NCBI GenBank assembly: GCA_963663965.2
Contig: CAXXFK010000023.1
Coordinates: forward strand, 50,351 to 114,350
DNA from: Sedimentisphaerales bacterium
GTDB taxonomy: Bacteria; Planctomycetota; Phycisphaerae; Sedimentisphaerales; SM23-30
Reading direction: 5' to 3'
Length of the DNA: 64,000 bases
Below the pieces are notes generated by a model. It was given only the letters and a program-made list of their open reading frames with translations. It had not been told where the DNA came from and ran no database searches. Made by a program: the position numbers and the translations under genes. Below, in pieces: positions 19,058 through 29,089 of this stretch (its first letter is position 1; each line of letters starts with the position of its first letter).

Positions 19058-20800
19058 ATGACGACAATCCTGTTAATGCTGGGCTCGTTTGTTGGTTTTA
19101 TCATCGCATACAATACCTACGGCCGCTTCCTGGCTACCCGCATCTTCAAACTCAATCCCGACGCCCCTGTTCCCAGTCGCGAACTGACTGACGGCGTTGA
19201 TTACGTTCCCAGCCGCAAAGGCGTTATCTTCGGCCACCACTTCACCAGTATCGCCGGCACCGGCCCCATCGTTGGACCGGCCATCGGCATCATCTGGGGT
19301 TGGCTGCCCGCCCTGCTCTGGGTCTTGCTGGGCAGTATCTTCATCGGCGCCGTTCACGACTTCGGCTCGCTGGTCGTTTCCCTGCGCAACGAAGGCAAAA
19401 GCGTCTCCGAAATCGCCGCCCGCTATATCAATTCACGCGTCCGCTTCATCTTCTTCTTCATCGTCTTTCTCGCCCTGCTGATCATCATTGCCATCTTCGG
19501 CATGGTCATCGCCGTCGTCTTCAACATGTTCCCCTCCTCCGTCATTCCCGTCTGGGCTCAGATCCCCATCGCCGTCTTGCTCGGTATCGCCATCTACAAA
19601 AAGAACATCCCCGTCCTGCCCGCCACCGCCATCGCGGTCATCGCCATGTACCTGTTCATCCTGCTTGGCGCGGTTATCGACAGCCACTGGCCCGGCAAAA
19701 TCCTGATCCCCGACCTCTCCTGGATGCCGGCCACCGGTTCCTGGACGATTATCCTGCTGATCTATGCCTTTATCGCCTCCACCCTGCCCGTAACCACCCT
19801 GTTGCAACCGCGCGATTATACCAACGCCTGGCAATTATTTGTCATGATGGCATTGCTCGTCGTGGGAGCATTGGCCTCCGGTTTAACCGGCCACCTGGAA
19901 CTGGCCGCCCCCGCCATCAATACCGCCGCCACCGGCGCGCCGCCTGTCTGGCCTTTTATGTTCGTCACGATCGCCTGTGGTGCGGTCAGCGGTTTCCACT
20001 CACTCGTGGCCAGCGGCACCAGCCCCAAACAAATCTCCCGTGAACCCGACAGCCTCTTTATCGGTTACGGCTCCATGCTCACCGAAGGCGCCCTGGCAGT
20101 ATTAATCCTGGTCTGCGTTTCCGCCGGTATCGGCATGCTCTACACCACCGCCGACGGCCAGAGCCTCTCCGGCCAGGCGGCCTGGCTGCATCATTACCAA
20201 TCCTGGTCCGGCGCCAGCGGTATGGGCGCCAAACTCGCCGCCGTTGTCAATGGCGCGGCCAATATGATGCAAACCCTCCATATCCCGCTGGCAATCGGCA
20301 AAGTTCTCATGGGCGTCTTCATCGCCTCTTTCGCCGGCACCACCCTCGATACCGCCGTCCGCCTCCAGCGCTATATCGTCAGCGAACTGGCCGGCGACCT
20401 CAAACTCCTCCCCCTCCAAAACAAATGGAGCGCCACCTTCTTCGCCGTCCTGACCGCGGCCGGCCTGGCCTTCGTCTCCGGCGCCAACGGCAAAGGCGCC
20501 ATGAAACTCTGGCCGCTGTTCGGCACGATCAATCAGCTATTGGCCGTTCTGGCCCTGCTGGTCGTCACCATGTATCTGCGCCGCCGCCCCGGCCGGGCCT
20601 GGTTGCTCACCCTGGTTCCATGCCTGTTCATGCTGATTATTACGACCTGGGCCCTCACCATTAAAATCGGAGATTTTTATCACGAAACCCAACCCAACTG
20701 GCTGCTGGTCAGCCTGGCCTCGGTCGTATTAGTCCTTGCCATCTGGATCGTGCTGGAAACCGCGATCCTGTTATTTAAACAAATACCCGACAAACATTGA
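19058..20800 (+). CDS. cstA: Carbon starvation protein A family transporter
   Basis: DGVDYVP, FGHHFTSIAGTGPIVGP, LLQPRDY, TIACGAVSGFH, WPLFGTINQLLA. Confidence 0.95.
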   Translation: MTTILLMLGSFVGFIIAYNTYGRFLATRIFKLNPDAPVPSRELTDGVDYVPSRKGVIFGHHFTSIAGTGPIVGPAIGIIWGWLPALLWVLLGSIFIGAVHDFGSLVVSLRNEGKSVSEIAARYINSRVRFIFFFIVFLALLIIIAIFGMVIAVVFNMFPSSVIPVWAQIPIAVLLGIAIYKKNIPVLPATAIAVIAMYLFILLGAVIDSHWPGKILIPDLSWMPATGSWTIILLIYAFIASTLPVTTLLQPRDYTNAWQLFVMMALLVVGALASGLTGHLELAAPAINTAATGAPPVWPFMFVTIACGAVSGFHSLVASGTSPKQISREPDSLFIGYGSMLTEGALAVLILVCVSAGIGMLYTTADGQSLSGQAAWLHHYQSWSGASGMGAKLAAVVNGAANMMQTLHIPLAIGKVLMGVFIASFAGTTLDTAVRLQRYIVSELAGDLKLLPLQNKWSATFFAVLTAAGLAFVSGANGKGAMKLWPLFGTINQLLAVLALLVVTMYLRRRPGRAWLLTLVPCLFMLIITTWALTIKIGDFYHETQPNWLLVSLASVVLVLAIWIVLETAILLFKQIPDKH

Positions 20801-20999
20801 CCCCGCCGCCCGTCCTATAAAAAAAATGCCCTTGAATATCAACGGTCATCCGAAAACTTCAATACTCGGCCGTCCGATATAATTGCGGTCTATGGCCCTG
20901 ATAATAAGCCCATAAGATACCGGTGCCATATTCCTGATATTACTAGTTTATTTAACAATGACTTATGCCGATATTCAGGCTAACTGACGTAAAGTTGTT

Positions 21000-21716
21000 T
21001 TGCGTAAACAGATAATAAATGAGCAAGATAGAAAACACGGAATACGGTTTCAAATTATCGTGAAGACAACCATTACATCTTGTTTTCGCATCCGTCGCAT
21101 TTGGATGTTAGCCCTGACAGCTGGCCTGATCTGGTTATATTTGTTCGCCGGCCAGGGCGCTTCTTTGTTTGCCGCCCTTAACGCTCAGCAGGTCGCGGAA
21201 TACGAATTAAAATCCGCCTTTATCTACAACTTCCTCAAATTTACCCAGTGGCCCAAGGAATATGACAAAAAGAAAGACATCGTCATCGGCATTTTCGATC
21301 CGGATGTCTACGCTGTCTGCGATAAAGTCTTGCGCCACAAAACGATCGATAAAAAACAGGTCCAAACCGTCCAGCTGACCAAAGACCTTTTCAAAGACAA
21401 AGAAGAGCTCAACAAAAACGATCAGGCCATGATCAAACAGATGCAGGAATGCCATATTCTGTTTATTCCAGAAAGCCAGAAAATTGATCTGAAAGCCCTC
21501 AAAACCTTAACTGGCAAACTCCCGATTCTGCTGGTCGGTGAAGAAAAAGAATTCCTCGAACGCGGTGGTATGATCAATTTCCTGATACTGGATAAAAAAG
21601 TTCGCTTTGAAATTAACTTGATTGAAACCGATAAAGCCGCCATTCAATTCCGCTCTCAACTGCTGCGACTCGCTGTACGTGTTATCGAAAAGAAAGAAAA
21701 AGATCAGGAGCAATAA
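21000..21716 (+). CDS. YfiR/DUF4154 family periplasmic protein (start uncertain)
   Basis: EYELKSAFIYNFLKFTQWP, CHILFI, GGMINF, KVRFEIN, SQLLRLA. Confidence 0.9.
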   Translation: MRKQIINEQDRKHGIRFQIIVKTTITSCFRIRRIWMLALTAGLIWLYLFAGQGASLFAALNAQQVAEYELKSAFIYNFLKFTQWPKEYDKKKDIVIGIFDPDVYAVCDKVLRHKTIDKKQVQTVQLTKDLFKDKEELNKNDQAMIKQMQECHILFIPESQKIDLKALKTLTGKLPILLVGEEKEFLERGGMINFLILDKKVRFEINLIETDKAAIQFRSQLLRLAVRVIEKKEKDQEQ

Positions 21717-21723
21717 CCAGCCA

Positions 21724-22392
21724 TTAAGCCTGTATTGAACCGGGTATCACCTCCATAATTCTGCGGGGCTTTTTATTCTCAAGCCATACCAGAAGTCCAT
21801 ACCCAACCAATCCCCCCACAACGCCGCCCAGATGAGATGCGGCAACTGGCACGCCGATCTTGTCTGTATGCATGAAATCAAACACCATCTGCCCTGTCCC
21901 CAGCTCGATCAGGCTTTTCAACAAAACCACTGCCAGGCTGATTTGCCCAATGCGATAGAGAGGAGAGTTTCGCCCCATTTTGATTAACATCATGGCATAC
22001 AAAGCCATCAAGCCATGATCGATGCCAGACAAGCCGCAATAACCCGTCGCAGAAATCCCCGGCAAAACAATGGCAACAGCAACCACGGTGCCCATCGCAC
22101 ATCCCAGCATCAGGACAATTCGTTTCCAAAGCCTGTTCACCGGTAAAGCGGTATAAAGCGAAAAAAACGCGACACCGTCCAGCAGCAAATGATACCAGCT
22201 GACATGGACAAATGAATGTGTTATTAACCGCCACCATTGCCCCGCCAGAATCGGATCGATTTCCAAAATCAGTCCGCGTGATACCTCGCCCCAACACAAA
22301 GGCAGATTTACCATAACAATCAACAAGCCAAAAATAATTGTGTCAATTTGTTTCATGATAAAATTCTCAATAGCCGGCGGCGTTCTAAACAC
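21724..22392 (-). CDS. Rhombosortase (rhomboid-family intramembrane serine protease)
   Basis: GQWWRLITHSFVH..WYHLLLD, GLSG catalytic Ser, SHLGG catalytic His. Confidence 0.85.
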   Translation of the reverse strand: MFRTPPAIENFIMKQIDTIIFGLLIVMVNLPLCWGEVSRGLILEIDPILAGQWWRLITHSFVHVSWYHLLLDGVAFFSLYTALPVNRLWKRIVLMLGCAMGTVVAVAIVLPGISATGYCGLSGIDHGLMALYAMMLIKMGRNSPLYRIGQISLAVVLLKSLIELGTGQMVFDFMHTDKIGVPVAASHLGGVVGGLVGYGLLVWLENKKPRRIMEVIPGSIQA

Positions 22393-22411
22393 CGCCGGCA
22401 GATCCCCCGCC

Positions 22412-24517
22412 TTATACTTTGGCCTGTTTTCGTTTCATCCATATTGCCAACACGACAAACAATGGCCCAACCGGACCAGAACCAAATCCAATCCCCGGCG
22501 AAGAGCGGTCGCCAAAAGCGCCGTTACGCCCCGATGGATCATTGCGGTCTTGATCCACGCGATGATTGCGGATCGCCTGGTTCTCTTTGCGCGCCTGAGC
22601 CTGACGTTCCCGCTCAACACGATCGCGATTGCGATTTTGCGTCCCCTGGCTCTCTTTTTCTTCCTCACTCAAAACCAGCATCGACGTATAATCCGTCACT
22701 AAAGAATATGCTTCACCCAGCTCTATAACTTTCTGGCGCAAGCCTTCCGATTCACCATCCTGTCGAATCTTCTGCATAATCTCATCAACACGAGACAAGG
22801 CCCATAATCGTTCCAGTTCTGGATTATCCTGATCCACGGCGGGCAAATCAGCCCGGCAACGCCACGAATGCTCCTGGCCGGATATTTTAGCATTTAACTC
22901 CAATTCAACCTTACCCTCACTTTTATAATGTCCAAAAACCACCAGTTGTTGACCTTGATAAAGATTGCCAGGCTTTGCCGGCGTTAAATCGCTGACCTTC
23001 TCCCCATGAAACGTTAATGTAACATCATGAAGGTTTTCATAGAGAATCTTCGCCTTGGCTTGAATAATCCGCCCAATAATGTCGTCAGTGACTCCAACAT
23101 TCATGGCAAATCCGCCCGATTCCTGTGCCAATGTCTCCATTAAAGGCTGGTTGGCGCTGTTTCCCATTACAAAGGTGAACAGCCGGATATCGTATTGGCG
23201 TAACAATTTAATAAACTGATCATGCCCGGTTGGCCCAATATTGGCCACACCATCCGTAACCAATATAATACCCGTTGTACGATCATCATCCAAACGATCA
23301 TAAGCGAGTTTAATGCCATCATATAAATTGGTCCCGCCATTAGCCCGAATATTACGAATTTGATTAAGTGATGATTGAACGTTTTCAGGAGTCGCGGCAA
23401 TGAACCCTCCGGTCAAATCCGCGGCTCGATTGTTAAATGTAATAATTCGATAACGGTCCTTACTGCTCATCTGCCCAATTACTTTTACTACTCCGTCTAT
23501 CAACGTTGATATTTTATCTCCCCCCATACTGCCGGAGGCATCCAGAACAAAAATCCAGTCGACGCCTTCAGTTATGGGTTTCAGGTCTGCCGCCGGAGTT
23601 ACTATCGCCATAAAAGTTCCGACAGAAGAGGCATCCTCTCGATACGGAATAATTTCAATCCGGGCCGGCACACTATCATCTAAACGATAATAAACCAGAA
23701 TATCTTTGCTAAGATTGCCACCTTCTGGTTGCTCAATTGACAAAATGTAATGCTCACTAGTACCGTCTGCTCTTTCTTTATCCGTTATTTTTTTAACGGT
23801 CGCCACATCCATCCATTGAGGCGCTCGAACATCTTTAATCGGAAATGCTGATTTTAATTCCAGTTCAAACCGAAATGAGGCTTCGACTTTATCATCTACC
23901 GACCAAAACGCGATTCGCTCTTCATCTACACCCCCCTCTGCCAGCGGGTAAAGATAGCGTCCAACATTCAAATCAATCATCAGTGGTTGATAATATACCA
24001 ATCGAACCCGGGTTGTATTATTCGCCCGCACGGGATAAACCGATACTTCAAAGACCCGATAATCATCTTTTTCGGCCAATGCCGTATCGTTGCCTTTCTG
24101 AATCTGTTCATCATGGACCTGCCGGGCCCGTTCTTTCTCCAAAACTTCGCCAACAATTTCTTTTCCGTCAATCCATAAACTTAATTCAGACAAACTGGCC
24201 TGGTCAGGAAGTGGAAATGAATATATTGCCTGCAAATCATCTGAACCGCGATTTCCAAACACCTGATCAACCTCAGTTCTGGCAAATCCATTATTAATGG
24301 TCACTTTTACATGATGAGATTGTAAAAAAATCTGATTCTCATCCTGGGTGCGATTGGATTTCAATAATCCCGCGGCCATGGATTGACTATTTAAAACAAA
24401 TATAACTGCCATCATCAAAGCACATAAACAATAGAACGACCCGTGAAAATTTGCTTTTATTCTGATGATTTCTTTGAATTTTTTAGTTTCATCTTTTGCC
24501 ATTTGTTGAGATTCCAT
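22412..24517 (-). CDS. VIT + vWA domain protein with Gly-rich/TM/basic C-terminal sorting-like tail
   Basis: VIT (ARTEVDQVF, YSFPLP), MIDAS DASGSM, VTDG, LVTDYTSMLV; tail GFGSGPVGPLFVVLAIWMKRKQAKV; AAGGA RBS before ATG 24517. Confidence 0.9.
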   Translation of the reverse strand: MESQQMAKDETKKFKEIIRIKANFHGSFYCLCALMMAVIFVLNSQSMAAGLLKSNRTQDENQIFLQSHHVKVTINNGFARTEVDQVFGNRGSDDLQAIYSFPLPDQASLSELSLWIDGKEIVGEVLEKERARQVHDEQIQKGNDTALAEKDDYRVFEVSVYPVRANNTTRVRLVYYQPLMIDLNVGRYLYPLAEGGVDEERIAFWSVDDKVEASFRFELELKSAFPIKDVRAPQWMDVATVKKITDKERADGTSEHYILSIEQPEGGNLSKDILVYYRLDDSVPARIEIIPYREDASSVGTFMAIVTPAADLKPITEGVDWIFVLDASGSMGGDKISTLIDGVVKVIGQMSSKDRYRIITFNNRAADLTGGFIAATPENVQSSLNQIRNIRANGGTNLYDGIKLAYDRLDDDRTTGIILVTDGVANIGPTGHDQFIKLLRQYDIRLFTFVMGNSANQPLMETLAQESGGFAMNVGVTDDIIGRIIQAKAKILYENLHDVTLTFHGEKVSDLTPAKPGNLYQGQQLVVFGHYKSEGKVELELNAKISGQEHSWRCRADLPAVDQDNPELERLWALSRVDEIMQKIRQDGESEGLRQKVIELGEAYSLVTDYTSMLVLSEEEKESQGTQNRNRDRVERERQAQARKENQAIRNHRVDQDRNDPSGRNGAFGDRSSPGIGFGSGPVGPLFVVLAIWMKRKQAKV

Positions 24518-24580
24518 AATCTGTTCCTTTTTGAATTTATTTATCAATACGGTTAATCGCTCAACGCGTGTGCTGTGTAA

Positions 24581-24624
24581 TGTATATTTATATACAATAT
24601 ATACCACACACGATGTGCTGTCAA
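24581..24624 (-). promoter_or_regulatory. Sigma70-type promoter plus palindromic operator for the VIT/rhombosortase unit
   Basis: Minus strand TTGACA (24624-24619)-17 bp-TATATT (24601-24596); palindrome TGTATAT-TT-ATATACA at 24581-24596. Confidence 0.55.
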
Positions 24625-24757
24625 GCTGGGAAATAAAACTGTTGTTGCCCAAACAATTTAATCAGACCAGATATGTTTTGTAACTTATTAATAAGTAATA
24701 AGTTGTAAAAAACTAAAATATATACAATTTCTTAGAAGATTCTGCTATGATTTTGCG

Positions 24758-26167
24758 ATGACACAGAACTGGCTACAACAGCGCTGGAAAGGCCCAGGCG
24801 GAATCCAGCAACTTTTGATGGTATCATTCCCGCTAATATTGAGCTATGGGACTTCTACCATTCAAATGTTCGTTGACCGCATGTTTCTTGGGCATCACAA
24901 TTTAGATGAAATGGCTGCCGCATCCCCGGCCAGTATTACCGCGTTCTTATATGTCAGCCTGTTCATGGGAACGGGCGGATATGTGAACACTTTTGTCGCG
25001 CAATATACCGGCGCAGGCCAACCTCATCGGATCGGCCCGGCAGTTTGGCAGGGTATTTATTTGTCTTTTATTGCCGCGTTATTCAGCTTCCCATTAATTC
25101 GACTGGCAGAGCCGATTTTCGATTTCTATGGTCATGCTCCCGCTATTCGTCAATATGAGATCGAATATTTTCAAATTATGTGTTTCGGGGCCGGCCCCTC
25201 AGTTCTGGCGGCGACCATGTCAAGTTTCTATACCGGACGCGGTAAAACATGGACCATTCTCTATGTCAACATTTTGGCAACGGCTGTTAATATCGTTCTC
25301 GACTGGGTTATGATATTTGGCAACTTGGGTTTTCCAGAAATGGGAATTGCCGGAGCGGCCTGGGCCACGGTTATTGCCCATTGTGTTAACGCGGCTATCT
25401 ATGTTTTTCTACATTTTAGAAAAATTAACCGAACCCTGTATGCCACCCATTATGCCCGTTTTAATCGAGACCTCTTTGGCCGGCTGATTCGCTACGGTCT
25501 GCCACACGGTATTCAGTTCATGCTGGAAATGCTTGGGTTCACGCTGTTTATTGCTTTAGTGGGCCGACTGGGAAGTGAGGCACTGGCGGCCACAAATATT
25601 ACTTTTCAATTAAATATGTTCGCCTTTTTGCCCATGCTTGGTTCGGGGATCGCATTAACGGCGCTGGTTGGTCAGGCTCTGGGGCAAAATGATATCGCCC
25701 TGGCACGGCGCACAACCTGGAATGCCTTCTTAATGACTTATGCCTATATGGGAGTTATTGCCCTTTCATTCATTCTGTGGCCGGAACACCTCGCGTCGGT
25801 GTTCCGATCCAAAGGAAATGAAGCGGAATATGCCGCATTGATTCCAGCGATCCGAATACTGGTGCGTTTTGTCGCGTTTTACTGCCTGTTCGATACCTGC
25901 ACGATCATTTTCTCCGCCGTCCTCAAGGGAGCGGGTGATACTCGCTATGTCATGGTTGTATCGGTAATTATGAGCTGGTTGATCATGGTAATTCCTTCAT
26001 ATCTGATTATTGATAACCAATGGGGCGGCCCTTATGCACTCTATCTGGCCTGGTGTTGTGCTACTGCGTATATCTGTTCGCTGGCCATTATGTTTTCTCT
26101 GCGTTATCGAACAGGAAAATGGACTAAAATGCGCGTTATCGAAATGACGACTGCCGAGATCGATTAA
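24758..26167 (+). CDS. MATE family efflux transporter
   Basis: About 12 TM; VDRMFLG, VAQYTGA, FGNLGFPEMGIAGAAWAT, LKGAGDT. Confidence 0.95.
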   Translation: MTQNWLQQRWKGPGGIQQLLMVSFPLILSYGTSTIQMFVDRMFLGHHNLDEMAAASPASITAFLYVSLFMGTGGYVNTFVAQYTGAGQPHRIGPAVWQGIYLSFIAALFSFPLIRLAEPIFDFYGHAPAIRQYEIEYFQIMCFGAGPSVLAATMSSFYTGRGKTWTILYVNILATAVNIVLDWVMIFGNLGFPEMGIAGAAWATVIAHCVNAAIYVFLHFRKINRTLYATHYARFNRDLFGRLIRYGLPHGIQFMLEMLGFTLFIALVGRLGSEALAATNITFQLNMFAFLPMLGSGIALTALVGQALGQNDIALARRTTWNAFLMTYAYMGVIALSFILWPEHLASVFRSKGNEAEYAALIPAIRILVRFVAFYCLFDTCTIIFSAVLKGAGDTRYVMVVSVIMSWLIMVIPSYLIIDNQWGGPYALYLAWCCATAYICSLAIMFSLRYRTGKWTKMRVIEMTTAEID

Positions 26168-26934
26168 TTCCAGGGAGCATAATACATTCTCACAGTTTTA
26201 TTTTGTTCGAACCAGTGCAGGTCATTCCATTTTGTCCAATGGGCAGAGGTATCTATCATGCCGATGGCAAGCCCTTCCACTTTGGGTAGCGACCCACTCT
26301 CGGGCGGCAGATAGCTGGCGGACCGATCTTGAATGTGGGGCATTTTTGCGCCCCACTTCCCTCCCGAACTTATCGTATCCCAGTGATAACAAGAAAACAA
26401 TGTCGGCGAAGTGGCCTTTGTGCGGCTATCGGTAATACGATTAACAGATCGATATGTTTTACCGCTTTGTGTGATTGGGCTTAGAGGATTATCCGGCTGA
26501 TCATAGCGCCGGCCATAATAAATGAAGCCGATTGAGGTCCCCCCCAGGTAAAAACCGTTGTCGGTTTTGGGTGGCTCGTAAAAAAATTCCGTAATTTTCT
26601 TTTCCCAATCACCACAAATCGCATGTTGTTGATCTATCTGATATTTCTCATGGATCGCCAGGCAACTGGAAAAATTGGTTTCACTCCAATATTCCGGCTG
26701 AGTTTCGTCTGGATGGATATTTCCCTGGGGCAGCCAGTCATTATAATCGTTTGCATACATATTACATGCCAAGGCACATTGGCGTTCGTTTGACAGACAA
26801 ACTGTTCGTTGGCTGTTTTTGCGCGCGCGTCCTAATGCGGGCAATAATATGCTAATGAGTAAAGCCAGAATTGAGACAACTACTAATAACTCTATTAAGG
26901 TAAACGCTCTGGCAGTTGGTCTGTTATTCATCAT
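26164..26934 (-). CDS. Prepilin-type N-terminal cleavage/methylation protein (DUF1559-like)
   Basis: AFTLIELLVVVSILALLISILLPALGRAR...CLSN. Confidence 0.92.
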   Translation of the reverse strand: MMNNRPTARAFTLIELLVVVSILALLISILLPALGRARKNSQRTVCLSNERQCALACNMYANDYNDWLPQGNIHPDETQPEYWSETNFSSCLAIHEKYQIDQQHAICGDWEKKITEFFYEPPKTDNGFYLGGTSIGFIYYGRRYDQPDNPLSPITQSGKTYRSVNRITDSRTKATSPTLFSCYHWDTISSGGKWGAKMPHIQDRSASYLPPESGSLPKVEGLAIGMIDTSAHWTKWNDLHWFEQNKTVRMYYAPWN

Positions 26935-28376
26935 CAGCTCCCAGATGCTTGTAGTTTTGTTAATGTGAAGCTTCCCGATTCATTTCCGTCAAAAGTGCCG
27001 CTAATTTTATTCTGTTCCAGTGTTCCTTTGGCGGTGCCGGTCCAGTTATAGCCTTCGCCACTTAAATAAATAGTATTGTTCTGGAAGCTAAATTCTTTGA
27101 CTTGACATATTTCTGACGCCCAATCTTCAAACGATTCTTTCATAACCATGGAGTATTTCCGGCCATCACGGGTAATTATAGCAACAAAATCGCCCCGTTC
27201 TCCATATTGAGACTCATAAACTCCCCGCCATTTCCCGATCAGCGCCATTTCCGTTACCGAATCCATTTCGGTCCCAGATTCCAGTAGTTTTGTTAATTTA
27301 AAAGTGCCGGATTCGTTCCCGTCAAAAGTGCCGCTAATTTTATTCTGTTCCAGTGTTCCTTTGGCGGTGCCTGTCCAGTTATAGCCTTCGCCACTTAAAT
27401 AAATAGTATTGTTCTGGAAGCTAAATTCTTTGACCTGACAAATTTCTGGCGCCCAATCTTCAAATGATTCTTTCATGACCATGCTATATTCCTGGCCATT
27501 ATTGGTAATTATGGCAACAAAATCGCCACGTTCCCCATATTGTGATTCATAAACCCCCCGCCACTTTCCAGCCAGTTTCACTTCTGATGACGAATCTATC
27601 CCCGCCAATTTAACCAGAGACGCGGGAATTTGCTTCTGTTCGTAATCGAAAACATACATCATGTAATTGCTTTTACTGCTCTTAAAATAGACTTTCAATT
27701 GAAGTGGCAATAGTGACCGTCTGCCGACGGTGATCGTAATCTCGTTAATAGAAAAGTCATTTTGCGGCTTGCCAAAACGATAAACCAAAAAGTCTTCGCC
27801 AACCTCAATTGGTTTGCTCGCATTGATTTCTTCGGCTGGGTACGCAAAAATTCCCTGCGTCAATACTTTAAACAAATCCTGTTCTCCGGCTATTTCATTC
27901 AGGCCATCGAACCACGAAGAATCCTTATGAGTCATGTCGCCCTGTCGATTATATTCTGTTCGAGATTCGCCGTCGTCAATTCGGCAGCCGCCATTGGCGA
28001 GTTGATCAATGACCCTGCCATTAACATACCATGACTCCTGGCTGGATTGTAAACCATTTTCATCAAACTCAAATCCATAAAAATGTACCTGGCCGATGGT
28101 CCGGGCCTGGCTGACAACATCGGCCCAGGCGACATTCCCATTATTGAGCTGATCTAAAATCCATATACCGGAAAACAAACTAAAGACCAAAAGTGCGGCG
28201 GCGACATAACGCCAGGCAAAATGGTAACCAGGAGCAGCGTTTTTCTTCATGTTCCAATCAATTGGCGAATCACTTTCTAACTGGTTCAGACTTGCACACA
28301 AATTTTCTTTCAAGTGGGCTGGTGGTTGAATTGCAGGCGTGTTTTTTAAAATTGATTCAATATTTCGCTTATTCAT
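26934..28376 (-). CDS. Probable anti-sigma-type membrane protein with duplicated C-terminal domain
   Basis: Follows an ECF sigma; single TM then AWADV motif; ~95-aa domain present twice, 333 bp apart. Confidence 0.7.
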   Translation of the reverse strand: MNKRNIESILKNTPAIQPPAHLKENLCASLNQLESDSPIDWNMKKNAAPGYHFAWRYVAAALLVFSLFSGIWILDQLNNGNVAWADVVSQARTIGQVHFYGFEFDENGLQSSQESWYVNGRVIDQLANGGCRIDDGESRTEYNRQGDMTHKDSSWFDGLNEIAGEQDLFKVLTQGIFAYPAEEINASKPIEVGEDFLVYRFGKPQNDFSINEITITVGRRSLLPLQLKVYFKSSKSNYMMYVFDYEQKQIPASLVKLAGIDSSSEVKLAGKWRGVYESQYGERGDFVAIITNNGQEYSMVMKESFEDWAPEICQVKEFSFQNNTIYLSGEGYNWTGTAKGTLEQNKISGTFDGNESGTFKLTKLLESGTEMDSVTEMALIGKWRGVYESQYGERGDFVAIITRDGRKYSMVMKESFEDWASEICQVKEFSFQNNTIYLSGEGYNWTGTAKGTLEQNKISGTFDGNESGSFTLTKLQASGS

Positions 28377-28392
28377 GATAGACTCCTGTTTT

Positions 28393-28920
28393 TCAAGTAT
28401 GACTAATCCAATGTTTTAAACTATTTAATGCTTTACGAAGCCGGTATTTAACCGTACTAACGGGACAACTTAATACTGAAGCGGTTTCTGAAAGGCTCAG
28501 ATTTTCATAGTAGTGTAAATGAATCACCTGCCGCCGATCTTCATCAAGCCGTTCTACCAAACGATAAAGTTCTGCGGCCTGTTGGCGGCCATGAGCCACC
28601 TCATCAGGGGGCCCAGTCTGGTCAGGGATATCCCACCAGTCGTTATCGTAGTTGGGAGCCAATTTGCCTTTGCGTTGCCAATCGACAAAAAGATGGTAAG
28701 CTATCCGCAAAAGCCATGTTTTCATCGAGCTACGGCCTTCATAGCCGATCAATCCGCGCCAGGCTTTCAGGCAAGTTTCCTGGGTCAGGTCTTCGGCCAG
28801 AAGAGGATCTCCGCAAAGCCGATATAGATAACGGTAAATACTTTCATAGTTAGAAAGTATCCATGACTCAGCCAAATCTGGATTGTGGGAATTATCCTGA
28901 CAGGATTTTGATTTAAACAT
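28393..28920 (-). CDS. ECF RNA polymerase sigma factor
   Basis: AEDLTQET, KTWLLRIA, LHYYENLSLSETA...STVKYRL. Confidence 0.95.
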   Translation of the reverse strand: MFKSKSCQDNSHNPDLAESWILSNYESIYRYLYRLCGDPLLAEDLTQETCLKAWRGLIGYEGRSSMKTWLLRIAYHLFVDWQRKGKLAPNYDNDWWDIPDQTGPPDEVAHGRQQAAELYRLVERLDEDRRQVIHLHYYENLSLSETASVLSCPVSTVKYRLRKALNSLKHWISHT

Positions 28921-29089
28921 AGAAGAATAATAAAATTACATTATTGGATCCAATGTCGGCAACTTAACTGATATCAGTTTCACTATTAGACGAGATTTGA
29001 CATAAGCCTGGCCAATAGTTTTTTAATTTTTTTTTAAAATTGCCATTATCTTGTCTGAGTTCTTGAAATGAGCACTAAAACTCGATAGG

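Noticed and set aside
24570..24597. Chromosomal dif site
   Set aside because: TAA-TGTATA-TT core resembles E. coli dif, but each arm matches only about 5 of 11 positions; better explained as an operator
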